Positions 16,806-23,811 of a stretch of 32,000 bases of DNA are shown piece after piece; position 1 is the stretch's first letter; every line of letters starts with the position of its first letter. Origin of the DNA: Methylorubrum extorquens. GTDB lineage: Bacteria; Pseudomonadota; Alphaproteobacteria; Rhizobiales; Beijerinckiaceae. Location of the stretch: assembly GCA_900234795.1 (NCBI GenBank), contig LT962688.1, forward strand, positions 3,840,001 through 3,872,000. The letters run 5' to 3'. Made by a program: the position numbers and the translations under genes. The notes below the pieces were generated by a model that saw only the letters and a program-made list of their open reading frames with translations, did not search any database and was not told where the DNA came from.

Positions 16806-17699
16806 TCAGGCGGCTTCGCCGGCCGGTCCGCCGCGCCGGGCCATGATGCCGCGGCCCGGATCGTAGGCGATTGCGGCGAGGGTGAAGAACAGGAGGCCGG
16901 TGCCGACCACGACGGCGCAGGCGACCGGCTCGAAGCGCCCGTAGAGAGCGAAACGCACCAATTCGACCGCGTGGGTGAACGGGTTGGCCTGGCAGATGAG
17001 ATAGAGCCACTCGCTCGATGCCCGGACCTGCCAGAGCGGATATAGGGCAGAAGAGGCAAAGAACATCGGGAAGATCACGAAATTCATGACGCTCGCGAAG
17101 TTCTCAAGTTGCCGCACCAGCGAGGACAGGAACAGGCCGATCGCCCCGAGCATCAGCCCCGAGGCCAGGAAGGCCGGCAGCGCGGCGAGGTAGCCGAGGG
17201 GCGGAATGCCGGTCTCCCAGAACCATGCGATGGCGAGGAACGCGTACGCCTGAACGATAGAGACACTGACGCCCGCGACCAGCTTGGCCAGCAGCAGCGA
17301 CCAGCGCGGATAGGGCGAGGTGAGCAGCACCTTCATCGAGCCGACCTCGCGGTCGTAGACCATCGAGAGCGAGGATTGCATGCCGTTGAAGAGCTGGATC
17401 ATCACCGCGAGCCCCGGCACCACGTAGGCCTCGTAGAGCACGTAGGTCTCGTAGGGCGGCGTGATCGAGGTGCCGAGCGTGTTGCGGAAGCCCGCCGCGA
17501 AGATGAACAGCCAGACGAGCGGGCGCACCATCGCCGAGAAGAAGCGCTCCTTCTGGTGGAAGAAGCGCAGCAACTCGCGGCGGACGATGCCGCCGAGCGC
17601 GATGAGGTAGCCGACCGCATCGAGCCGGCCCGCATGGGGCACGGGCTTCGCGCCGTCCTCGGCACGGGCTGCAACGGCGGGGTTCGAGGGAGACCTCAT
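16806..17699 (-). CDS. lutF: ABC-2-type transporter permease
   Basis: The 297-aa ORF has about six hydrophobic helices, for example RPLVWLFIFAAGF, GLAVMIQLFNGMQSS and LFLSSLVRQLENFASVMNFVIFPMFFASSALYP (the ABC-2 signature region). Its ATG overlaps the lutE stop as ATGA. Confidence 0.9.
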   Translation of the reverse strand: MRSPSNPAVAARAEDGAKPVPHAGRLDAVGYLIALGGIVRRELLRFFHQKERFFSAMVRPLVWLFIFAAGFRNTLGTSITPPYETYVLYEAYVVPGLAVMIQLFNGMQSSLSMVYDREVGSMKVLLTSPYPRWSLLLAKLVAGVSVSIVQAYAFLAIAWFWETGIPPLGYLAALPAFLASGLMLGAIGLFLSSLVRQLENFASVMNFVIFPMFFASSALYPLWQVRASSEWLYLICQANPFTHAVELVRFALYGRFEPVACAVVVGTGLLFFTLAAIAYDPGRGIMARRGGPAGEAA

Positions 17700-18445
17700 G
17701 CGGCGGACTTCACGGCTCTCTTGTCGGGTTCGGCGACGAGGCGGCGGAAGGCAGCCTCCAGCGTCTCACCGGGCCCGCCGATCTCCCCAGCGCGGCCACG
17801 GGCGACGATGCGGCCCTTGTGCAGGACCACGGCGTCGTCCTCGGGCGAAATCTCCTCGAAGATGTGGGTCGCCCACAGCACCGAGAGACCCTCCTCCCGC
17901 ACCAGGGCGCGGACGATGGCGACGATGTCGGCGCGCGATTCGAGGTCGAGCCCGACGGTCGGCTCGTCGAGCAGCAGCAGGCGCGGCGCGTGGATCAGCG
18001 AGCGGGCGATCTCGATGCGCCGCGACTGGCCGCCGGAAAGGGTGCGGATCTTGTCGTCGCGCCGCTCGGCAAGGCCGACGCGGGCGAGCAGGGTCTCGAT
18101 GCGCGCACGCGCCGCCGCCCGGCCGATGCCGTGCAGGCTGGCGTGGTAGTGCAGGTTCTGCGCGACGGTGAGGTCGGTATCCAGCGTCCGCGCCTGGAAC
18201 ACCACGCCGAGGCCGGCGAGCGCCCGCGACGGCTCACGGTCGAGCGGATGGCCGAGGATCGAGACCCGGCCCTCCTGGTTGTTGTAGAGCCGGGTGATCA
18301 CCGAGAACAACGTGGTCTTGCCCGCGCCGTTGGGCCCGAGCAGCGCCATGAAATGCCCGCGCTCGACGGTGATCGACACGTCGGACAGCGCGGCGCGCTG
18401 GCCGAAGCGGTGGCTGACGCCGGCAACGTCGAGAGCCGCGCTCAT
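17696..18445 (-). CDS. lutE: ABC transporter ATP-binding protein
   Basis: This is the track ORF 17696-18487. I prefer the start MSAALDVAGVSHRF (complement of 18443-18445), which overlaps the lutD stop as ATGA. It has Walker A GPNGAGKTT, signature LSGGQSRR and Walker B LLLLDEPTVGLD. Confidence 0.95.
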   Translation of the reverse strand: MSAALDVAGVSHRFGQRAALSDVSITVERGHFMALLGPNGAGKTTLFSVITRLYNNQEGRVSILGHPLDREPSRALAGLGVVFQARTLDTDLTVAQNLHYHASLHGIGRAAARARIETLLARVGLAERRDDKIRTLSGGQSRRIEIARSLIHAPRLLLLDEPTVGLDLESRADIVAIVRALVREEGLSVLWATHIFEEISPEDDAVVLHKGRIVARGRAGEIGGPGETLEAAFRRLVAEPDKRAVKSAA

Positions 18446-18720
18446 TTCGGCAGCGCCCGCTTGGCGTCGTCGAGCGCTTCCAGGCACTCGTCAAACTCGC
18501 CCTCGCCTTGCTCGCGCTCGGCGATCTTCAGCGCGCGCTTGAGTTTTTGCGGGACGGCTTCCGGTGCGAGCTTTTCCGCCTGCGCCTTCACCACGCTGAT
18601 GCCCTCGGCGCAGGCGGCCTTGTCGTCGGCGAGCGCCGGGGTCGCAAGCACCACGAGGGCAAGCAGGGCGCTACCGCGAAAACCTCTCGGTACGGCGAGG
18701 GAGGTGCGTGTGCGCATCAT
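18442..18720 (-). CDS. lutD: small secreted helical protein with a Cys pair and an acidic C-terminal patch
   Basis: The 92-aa ORF has signal peptide MMRTRTSLAVPRGFRGSALLALVVLATPALA. The mature part reads DDKAACAEGISVVKAQAEKLAPEAVPQKLKRALKIAEREQGEGEFDECLEALDDAKRALPK. It is translationally coupled to lutE. The symbol comes from gene order (from memory). Confidence 0.7.
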   Translation of the reverse strand: MMRTRTSLAVPRGFRGSALLALVVLATPALADDKAACAEGISVVKAQAEKLAPEAVPQKLKRALKIAEREQGEGEFDECLEALDDAKRALPK

Positions 18721-18733
18721 GAGATGTCCCCCC

Positions 18734-19168
18734 TCACTTCACCGTAATCGTGCCGGCCATGCCCTTTTCCTCAAGCCCTTGCGCGTACCACTTGTAGGCA
18801 CCCGGCTTGATGGCGACGAACTCGATGGCGATCTCGCCGGGATCGTCGAATTCGAGATGGTCGGGCGGGCCGCCGCCGTGGATCTCTTTGTGCTCGATCA
18901 CGATCTGGTTGAACCAGATGTAGCGGAAGAATTCGGGCGCGTAGAATTTGTACTCCTGCCGCCCCTTGGCGACGATGCGCAGGCGGTAGGCCTTGCCGGC
19001 TTCCAGCTCGATATCCTTGTTCTCGACCACGAAGTCGTTGCCCTCCTCGTTGCCGAGCACGAGGTCGGGCAGGTTCTGCCGCTTCTTGGTGAGGTCGAGG
19101 GCGCTCGCCGGGGCGGCGGCCAGCATCAGGGCCGCGGCGGCGAGGCCGAGGCGCGTCGTCCACTTCAT
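18734..19168 (-). CDS. lutC: periplasmic cupredoxin-like protein apparently lacking copper ligands
   Basis: This is the track ORF 18734-19225. The start MKWTTRLGLAAAALMLAAAPASA (complement of 19166-19168) is preceded by GGAGGA. The C-terminal KPGAYKWYAQGLEEKGMAGTITVK resembles the cupredoxin PGxYxYxCxxxxHxxxGMxGxIxV strand pair, but with Ala and Leu/Glu where Cys and His are expected. Confidence 0.72.
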   Translation of the reverse strand: MKWTTRLGLAAAALMLAAAPASALDLTKKRQNLPDLVLGNEEGNDFVVENKDIELEAGKAYRLRIVAKGRQEYKFYAPEFFRYIWFNQIVIEHKEIHGGGPPDHLEFDDPGEIAIEFVAIKPGAYKWYAQGLEEKGMAGTITVK

Positions 19169-19189
19169 GTCGCTTCCTCCGGTTTCTTG

Positions 19190-19242
19190 TTCTTGCATCG
19201 CCCTTTTCCGAAGGCCGGCAACCACCTTTCGGGACGATGCCT
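19190..19242. repeat. ~50-bp palindromic intergenic element, copy 1 (between lutB and lutC)
   Basis: The sequence ttcttGCATCGcccTTTTCCGAAgGCCGGcaaCCACCTTTCGGgaCGATGC is near-identical to 25386-25437. The outer arms GCATCG/CGATGC and inner arms CCGAA(A)G/CTTTCGG can form a long hairpin. Confidence 0.8.
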
Positions 19243-19259
19243 TAGCCGGCGAACTGAAC

Positions 19260-20246
19260 TTACTTCTTCGAGATCGCCACGCCCCAGGGCAGCAACCCGA
19301 CCGGGATGCTTTTCACCACCTTCAGCCCCTCGACGTCGATGACCGAAACGTCGTTGGAGGTGCCGTTGGTCGTGTAGAGTTGCTTCTCGTCGGGCGTGAA
19401 GGCGAGCTGCCAGACGCGCTGGCCGACGGGCAGGTATTTCTGCACCTCGTAGGTCTTGGCATCGACCACCGCGACGCGGTTGGCCGGCCCGAGCGCGACG
19501 AAGGCGCGGGTGCCGTCCTTGGTCAGGCGCACGCCGACGGGCTGGATCTGCTCGTCGGTGACGCTCGGAACCTTGAAGGTGATCTTCTTGATGACCTTGC
19601 GGGTCGCCACGTCGATCACCGAGACCGTGCCGCCGACCTCGGCCGAGACCCAGAGGAACTTGCCGTCCGCCGAGAACTCGGCGAAGCGCGGCCGGGCATC
19701 GACCAGCACGTTGTCGATCACCTCGAAGGTCTTGGTGTCGATGAAGTGGGCCATGTTGGTGGTCTCGGAGGTGTTCACGAGAATCTTGCCGTCCGGCGAT
19801 AGGCCCATCCCCTCCGGCTCGACGCCCACCGGCACCTCGGCCAAAACCTTGTTCTTCTCGATGTCGAGGATGGTGACTTGGCTGTCGTCCTCGTTGGCGA
19901 CGTAGAGCGGGTTGCCGCTCTGATCGAGGATGAACTGCTCCGGGTCGGGCCCCGAGCGCAGGGAGCGGACCACCTTGCCGGTCGCGGTGTCGAGCACGTC
20001 GATGCGGTCGTCGTCGCTGGCGCAAACGAACAGTTCCTTGTCGTCCTTGGAGAGCGTCACGCCGCGCGGGCGACGCCCGACCTTCCAGGTCCCGGTCACC
20101 GCCAGGGTCTCGGTGTCGATGACCGAGACGGTGTTGGCCTTCTCGTTGGTGACGTAGGCGGTAAAGGCTTGTGCGCTCCCTGCGCTCCCGAGCGACACGC
20201 CCGCGAGCAGCGCGCATCCCAGTCCTGCCCTCAAGCGAGCGACCAT
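19260..20246 (-). CDS. lutB: periplasmic YVTN-repeat beta-propeller protein (PQQ-dehydrogenase-system-associated type)
   Basis: This is the track ORF 19260-20408, with the start MVARLRAGLGCALLAGVSLGSAGSAQA at the complement of 20244-20246. The body shows repeated blades of the form xYVTNxxxNTVSVIDxxTxxVxxxxxVGxxPxGxxxSxDG. Confidence 0.9.
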   Translation of the reverse strand: MVARLRAGLGCALLAGVSLGSAGSAQAFTAYVTNEKANTVSVIDTETLAVTGTWKVGRRPRGVTLSKDDKELFVCASDDDRIDVLDTATGKVVRSLRSGPDPEQFILDQSGNPLYVANEDDSQVTILDIEKNKVLAEVPVGVEPEGMGLSPDGKILVNTSETTNMAHFIDTKTFEVIDNVLVDARPRFAEFSADGKFLWVSAEVGGTVSVIDVATRKVIKKITFKVPSVTDEQIQPVGVRLTKDGTRAFVALGPANRVAVVDAKTYEVQKYLPVGQRVWQLAFTPDEKQLYTTNGTSNDVSVIDVEGLKVVKSIPVGLLPWGVAISKK

Positions 20247-20412
20247 CGGCGTCCTCCCTGTCGTTTCCGGCGCGTCGTCTCGCGCGCCTGCGTCCACATC
20301 GGCTGGAGCGACATGGCCCCCGCGGCCCCGTCGCTCAAACAAGAAACAGATGATCGGCTGAACCTCACCGGGCGGTGGATTGCCGCATCGCCCGGATCGC
20401 ATCCGCAAGCGG

Positions 20413-21681
20413 TCACGGCAGCTTGCACGCGGTCTCCGGCATGTCGGCCCCCAGCGTATCGAGCGGCGTGCGCTGGTGGATGAAGCCCTGTTCGGGCGCT
20501 ACCGAGACCATCGCCTTGGGCTGCACCACGATGATCGGCTGGCGCAACTGGTGGTCCCAGGGCCGGTAGGTCAGGGACACGCCCTTGTAGGCGGGCAGCG
20601 AGAATTCGGGCTTCACGAGATGGGCCGCGAGCGTGGCCGGATCGGTGCTGCGCGTCTGCGTCGCCGCCTCGCCGACCGTGCGCACGGCCGCCCAGACCTG
20701 ATAATCGAGCGGTCGCATCAGGCGGCTCGCCAGTCGTCGGAAACGGTTCTGCGCCTGGGCCGCGCCCCAGGTCTCCAGGGTCGGGTGCCACGTGGTCGCG
20801 ATCAGCCCCTGCGTACCGGCCACGGGGCGCGGATCGACGGTGCGGAACGGGACATAATCGCCCCAATCGCCCTCCTCGTCGGCGACCACCGCCAAGTCGT
20901 AGTCGAGCCCGCGGGTGAACACCATCGCCTCGGCCCGGGTCGGCGTGTCGCCGCGGGCCTTCGCCAGGGGGCCGAAGGTCCAGGGCTTCTCCGCGGTGAT
21001 CTTGAGGCCGAACTTGCGGGCGGAGTTCCGCATCGCGTCCGCGTAGGCCTTGTCGCGCTCGGTCGGGCCGGTGATCAGAAAGATCTTCCGCCAGCGCATC
21101 AGCGTCAGGTACTGCGCCAGCGCATCCGTCTGCATGGCGCGGCTCGGCAGCACGTGGAACAGGTTGGCGCGGCAATCGGCCCCGCGCAGGCGGTCGTCCG
21201 GCGCGCCGGCATTGAGGATGACCGCGCCCGTCTCCTTCAGCGCATCGGCCACCGCCAGCACCTCGGCGGCGGGCAGGGCCAGCACGAAGAACCGCACGCC
21301 CTTGTCCGCAAGCGCCTTGGCCGCCTCGACCGGATCGCGCTCGCCGTCGAGGGCGACTTCGTCCAGGGCGAAGGTCTGCTTGGTGAAGCGGCCGGTGGTG
21401 TTGTTGTCCTTCACCGCCATACGCGCGCCGGCTACGCCGAGATCCTCGGGGTCGGCCTCGGCATCGTAGGACGAGGGCGCCGGCACCGGGCGATAGAGGA
21501 CGGCGATGTGGGTCTCGGAGCCGGGGACCGGCGCGGGCGTCTCATTCGCAGGGGAGCCCGGCGGCGGCTCGCCGGTGGCCGCCTTCGGCTCCTGGGCGCG
21601 GGCATGGATGGAAGCGGCCAGGAATGCGGCCGGGCCGGTCGCGAGACCGGCGGCGAGGAGGAGCGGAACGGACAAACGCAT
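20413..21681 (-). CDS. lutA: periplasmic substrate-binding protein (type I / LivJ-like fold, PQQ-dehydrogenase-system-associated ABC component)
   Basis: The 422-aa ORF has signal peptide MRLSVPLLLAAGLATGPAAFLAASIHARA and a Pro-rich linker. The following LivJ-like body includes GVRFFVLALPAAEVLAVADAL, VILNAGAPDDRLRG and KIFLITGPTERDKAYADAMRNSARKFG. Confidence 0.9.
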   Translation of the reverse strand: MRLSVPLLLAAGLATGPAAFLAASIHARAQEPKAATGEPPPGSPANETPAPVPGSETHIAVLYRPVPAPSSYDAEADPEDLGVAGARMAVKDNNTTGRFTKQTFALDEVALDGERDPVEAAKALADKGVRFFVLALPAAEVLAVADALKETGAVILNAGAPDDRLRGADCRANLFHVLPSRAMQTDALAQYLTLMRWRKIFLITGPTERDKAYADAMRNSARKFGLKITAEKPWTFGPLAKARGDTPTRAEAMVFTRGLDYDLAVVADEEGDWGDYVPFRTVDPRPVAGTQGLIATTWHPTLETWGAAQAQNRFRRLASRLMRPLDYQVWAAVRTVGEAATQTRSTDPATLAAHLVKPEFSLPAYKGVSLTYRPWDHQLRQPIIVVQPKAMVSVAPEQGFIHQRTPLDTLGADMPETACKLP

Positions 21682-21728
21682 TGCCCGTCACGCTAGCAAC
21701 ATCTTGCCACCGGCCTCAACGAGAGAAG

Positions 21729-21747
21729 CATAAGATTTTCATAAGAT
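21729..21747. promoter_or_regulatory. tandem direct repeat CATAAGAT-ttt-CATAAGAT (11-bp period) in the lutA / divergent-operon control region
   Basis: Read directly at 21729-21736 and 21740-21747. It ends 47 nt upstream of the lutA ATG and lies in the most AT-rich patch of the 232-bp divergent intergenic region. Confidence 0.45.
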
Positions 21748-21913
21748 GGTGTGGTCGGGCGACCGCGGGGCCAGCGTTGTTACGCGCCGCATCGCCGTTG
21801 CCGGACCTGCCGATACGCTCCGGCGACGGTCGCGTCGACGCTTGCCAAATCCTCCGGGAAACCGAGTTAAAGCCCGTCCGCGCGGCCCCGCGCCCGTTCG
21901 AGGCTCTCACCCC

Positions 21914-22435
21914 ATGCGACTTCGCGCCCTCCTGCCCGCCCTCACCCTCCTGTCGACGCTGAGCGGGACAGCCCTGGCAGAGGATGCGGCACGCAAGGCT
22001 GCGATCTTCCCGGCGGAGGTGAACGATCCGACGCTGGCCTATGGCCGCAAGCCGCTGCCGGCGGACCAGAAGCGCCTCGACCTCGTCACCGACGTGCTGC
22101 GCAAGCAACTCGCCGAGAAGGGCGGCCTCGAGAGCGTCGATCTCAGCCCCCAGGCGGAGGAAATCCGTAAGGAGAGCCCACTCTACAAGTGCAACGACTG
22201 CGTCGCTCCGATCGCCAAGGCGCTGGGCGCGGAACTCGCCGTGACCGCCTTCGCCGACAAGGGCGCCAACCAGTTGTTCAGCCTCGTCGTCACCATCGCC
22301 GAAGCCGAGACCGGCAAGGTCGTGCGCCGGGGCCAGGTCGTGATAAGAGCCAACACCGACGACGACTGGTCCCACGCCACACGCTGGATCGTGAAGAACC
22401 GCCTTCTGGCCGAGCCGCTGCCCGGCCGTTCCTGA
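21914..22435 (+). CDS. periplasmic protein of unknown function with a CxxC motif
   Basis: This is the track ORF 21746-22435, with the start MRLRALLPALTLLSTLSGTALA at ATG 21914. The mature protein contains YKCNDCVAPIAKALGAELAVTAF. I have a vague recollection of a DUF3280/DUF2380-type family, which is not verifiable here. Confidence 0.7.
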   Translation: MRLRALLPALTLLSTLSGTALAEDAARKAAIFPAEVNDPTLAYGRKPLPADQKRLDLVTDVLRKQLAEKGGLESVDLSPQAEEIRKESPLYKCNDCVAPIAKALGAELAVTAFADKGANQLFSLVVTIAEAETGKVVRRGQVVIRANTDDDWSHATRWIVKNRLLAEPLPGRS

Positions 22436-22480
22436 AGCGGGGCTTGTGCGGGCGCGCAAGGCTGAGCAAGAACGTTTCCC

Positions 22481-23191
22481 GTGTCCGACATCGTATCGAT
22501 TTCCTCCCCGCGTCCCCGCCTGCTCGTCAGCGTCCGTGGGCCCGACGAGGCGCTGACCGCGCTCCGGGCCGGGGCGGACCTGATCGACGCCAAGGATCCC
22601 GAGCGCGGGGCGCTCGGCGCGCTGCCGCCCGAGACCGTGCGCGCCATCGTTGCGGGCGTCGGCGGGCAAGCCGTCACCAGCGCGGTGGCCGGCGACGGCA
22701 CTGGGCGCGAAATCGCCGCGGCCATCGCGACCATTGCCGCAACCGGCGTCGATTTCATCAAGATCGCGGTCGGCGCCACCGACGATGCCGCTCTGGCCGA
22801 GGCCGCCGCGCAGGCGCCGGGCCGGGTCATCGGCGTGCTCTTCGCCGAGGATGACGTGGCCGAGGATGGGCCGGCGCGCCTCGCCGCAGCCGGCTTTGTC
22901 GGGGCGATGATCGACACCCGCGGCAAGAGCGGCACCACGCTTACCAACCTCATGGCCGCGTCGCAGCTTGCCGCCTTCGTCGCCGGATGCCGCACGCACG
23001 GCCTGATGAGCGGCCTTGCCGGCTCGCTCGGGCTCGGCGACATCCCGGCGCTCGCGCGGCTCGACCCCGATTATCTCGGCTTCCGCGGCGGCCTGTGCCG
23101 CGCCGGCGACCGGCGGCAGGCGCTTGACGGAGCCCGGGTCGCGCAGGCGGTCGAAGCGATGCGGGCCGGCCCGCGAGCCGACGCGGCGTGA
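22481..23191 (+). CDS. MfnB-like (DUF556) aldolase, the family of the furan-moiety synthase of methanofuran/methylofuran
   Basis: The 236-aa ORF has a GTG start. Its sequence LLVSVRGPDEALTALRAGADLIDAKDPERGALGALPPETV...VDFIKIAVG...GAMIDTRGKSG...GLAGSL has the TIM-barrel pattern of the (5-formylfuran-3-yl)methyl phosphate synthase family. Confidence 0.8.
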   Translation: MSDIVSISSPRPRLLVSVRGPDEALTALRAGADLIDAKDPERGALGALPPETVRAIVAGVGGQAVTSAVAGDGTGREIAAAIATIAATGVDFIKIAVGATDDAALAEAAAQAPGRVIGVLFAEDDVAEDGPARLAAAGFVGAMIDTRGKSGTTLTNLMAASQLAAFVAGCRTHGLMSGLAGSLGLGDIPALARLDPDYLGFRGGLCRAGDRRQALDGARVAQAVEAMRAGPRADAA

Positions 23192-23196
23192 GGCGT

Positions 23197-23811
23197 ATGA
23201 CAAGCGCTAGCCCAGTCGCTCCCCGTGTCACGGGGACAATCGACGGCGCTGTCGTCAAGATCGGCGGCAGCCTCGTCGCGGATCGCGCGCGGCTTTGCGC
23301 CATCCTCGCCGAATGCGCGGAGCAACCGCCGGTCGCGATCGTGCCCGGCGGTGGACTCTTCGCCGACGCCGTGCGCGCGACCCAAGCTGCGCTCAGCCTC
23401 GACGACGCCCTCGCCCACCGCCTCGCCCTCGACGCCATGGGCCGCATGGCCGAGGTGTTCTGCGCGCTCGAACCACGGCTCACCATCGCCCGGAGCCCCG
23501 AGGCCGTTGCCGATGCCCTCGCTCAGGGCCGCTCCGTCATCTGGGATCCGGTCGCGCTCAAAGCGGGTCATGCCGATATCGCCGAGAGCTGGGACGTCAC
23601 CTCCGACAGCCTCGCCCTGTGGATCGCAGGCATGCTCGGCGTCGATCGCTGCATCCTTGTGAAGTCGGCAAAACTTACCTCGCAGACCGATCCCGCGGCC
23701 CTCGCACGAGCCGGCCTCGTCGATGCCGCGTTCCCGCGTTTCGCCGCCGGCTTCGGCGGAGTGATCGTGATCCGCGGCGCCGAGGATATCAGCCAGAGGC
23801 ACGCCGCATGA
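23197..23811 (+). CDS. amino-acid-kinase-fold protein (H4MPT/methylofuran biosynthesis-associated kinase, MfnE-like by context)
   Basis: This is the track ORF 23188-23811. The start is either ATG 23197 or GTG 23188, which overlaps the upstream stop. Motifs VVKIGGSL, VAIVPGGGLFADAVR and SDSLALWIAGMLGVDRCILVKS match the AAK family. Confidence 0.8.
   Translation: MTSASPVAPRVTGTIDGAVVKIGGSLVADRARLCAILAECAEQPPVAIVPGGGLFADAVRATQAALSLDDALAHRLALDAMGRMAEVFCALEPRLTIARSPEAVADALAQGRSVIWDPVALKAGHADIAESWDVTSDSLALWIAGMLGVDRCILVKSAKLTSQTDPAALARAGLVDAAFPRFAAGFGGVIVIRGAEDISQRHAA

Noticed and set aside
17819-19342. 507-aa + strand ORF, plus the similar antisense ORFs at 20380-21696 and 19165-20217
   Set aside because: They overlap lutE, lutD, lutC, lutB and lutA, which have signal peptides or Walker motifs on the minus strand. 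The alternative frames have no features.
21716-23203. 495-aa minus-strand ORF, and the 545-aa minus-strand ORF at 23568-25205
   Set aside because: They are antisense shadows of the CxxC-protein/MfnB-like and DHPS-like genes. Both are Arg/Gly/Ala-rich with no motifs.
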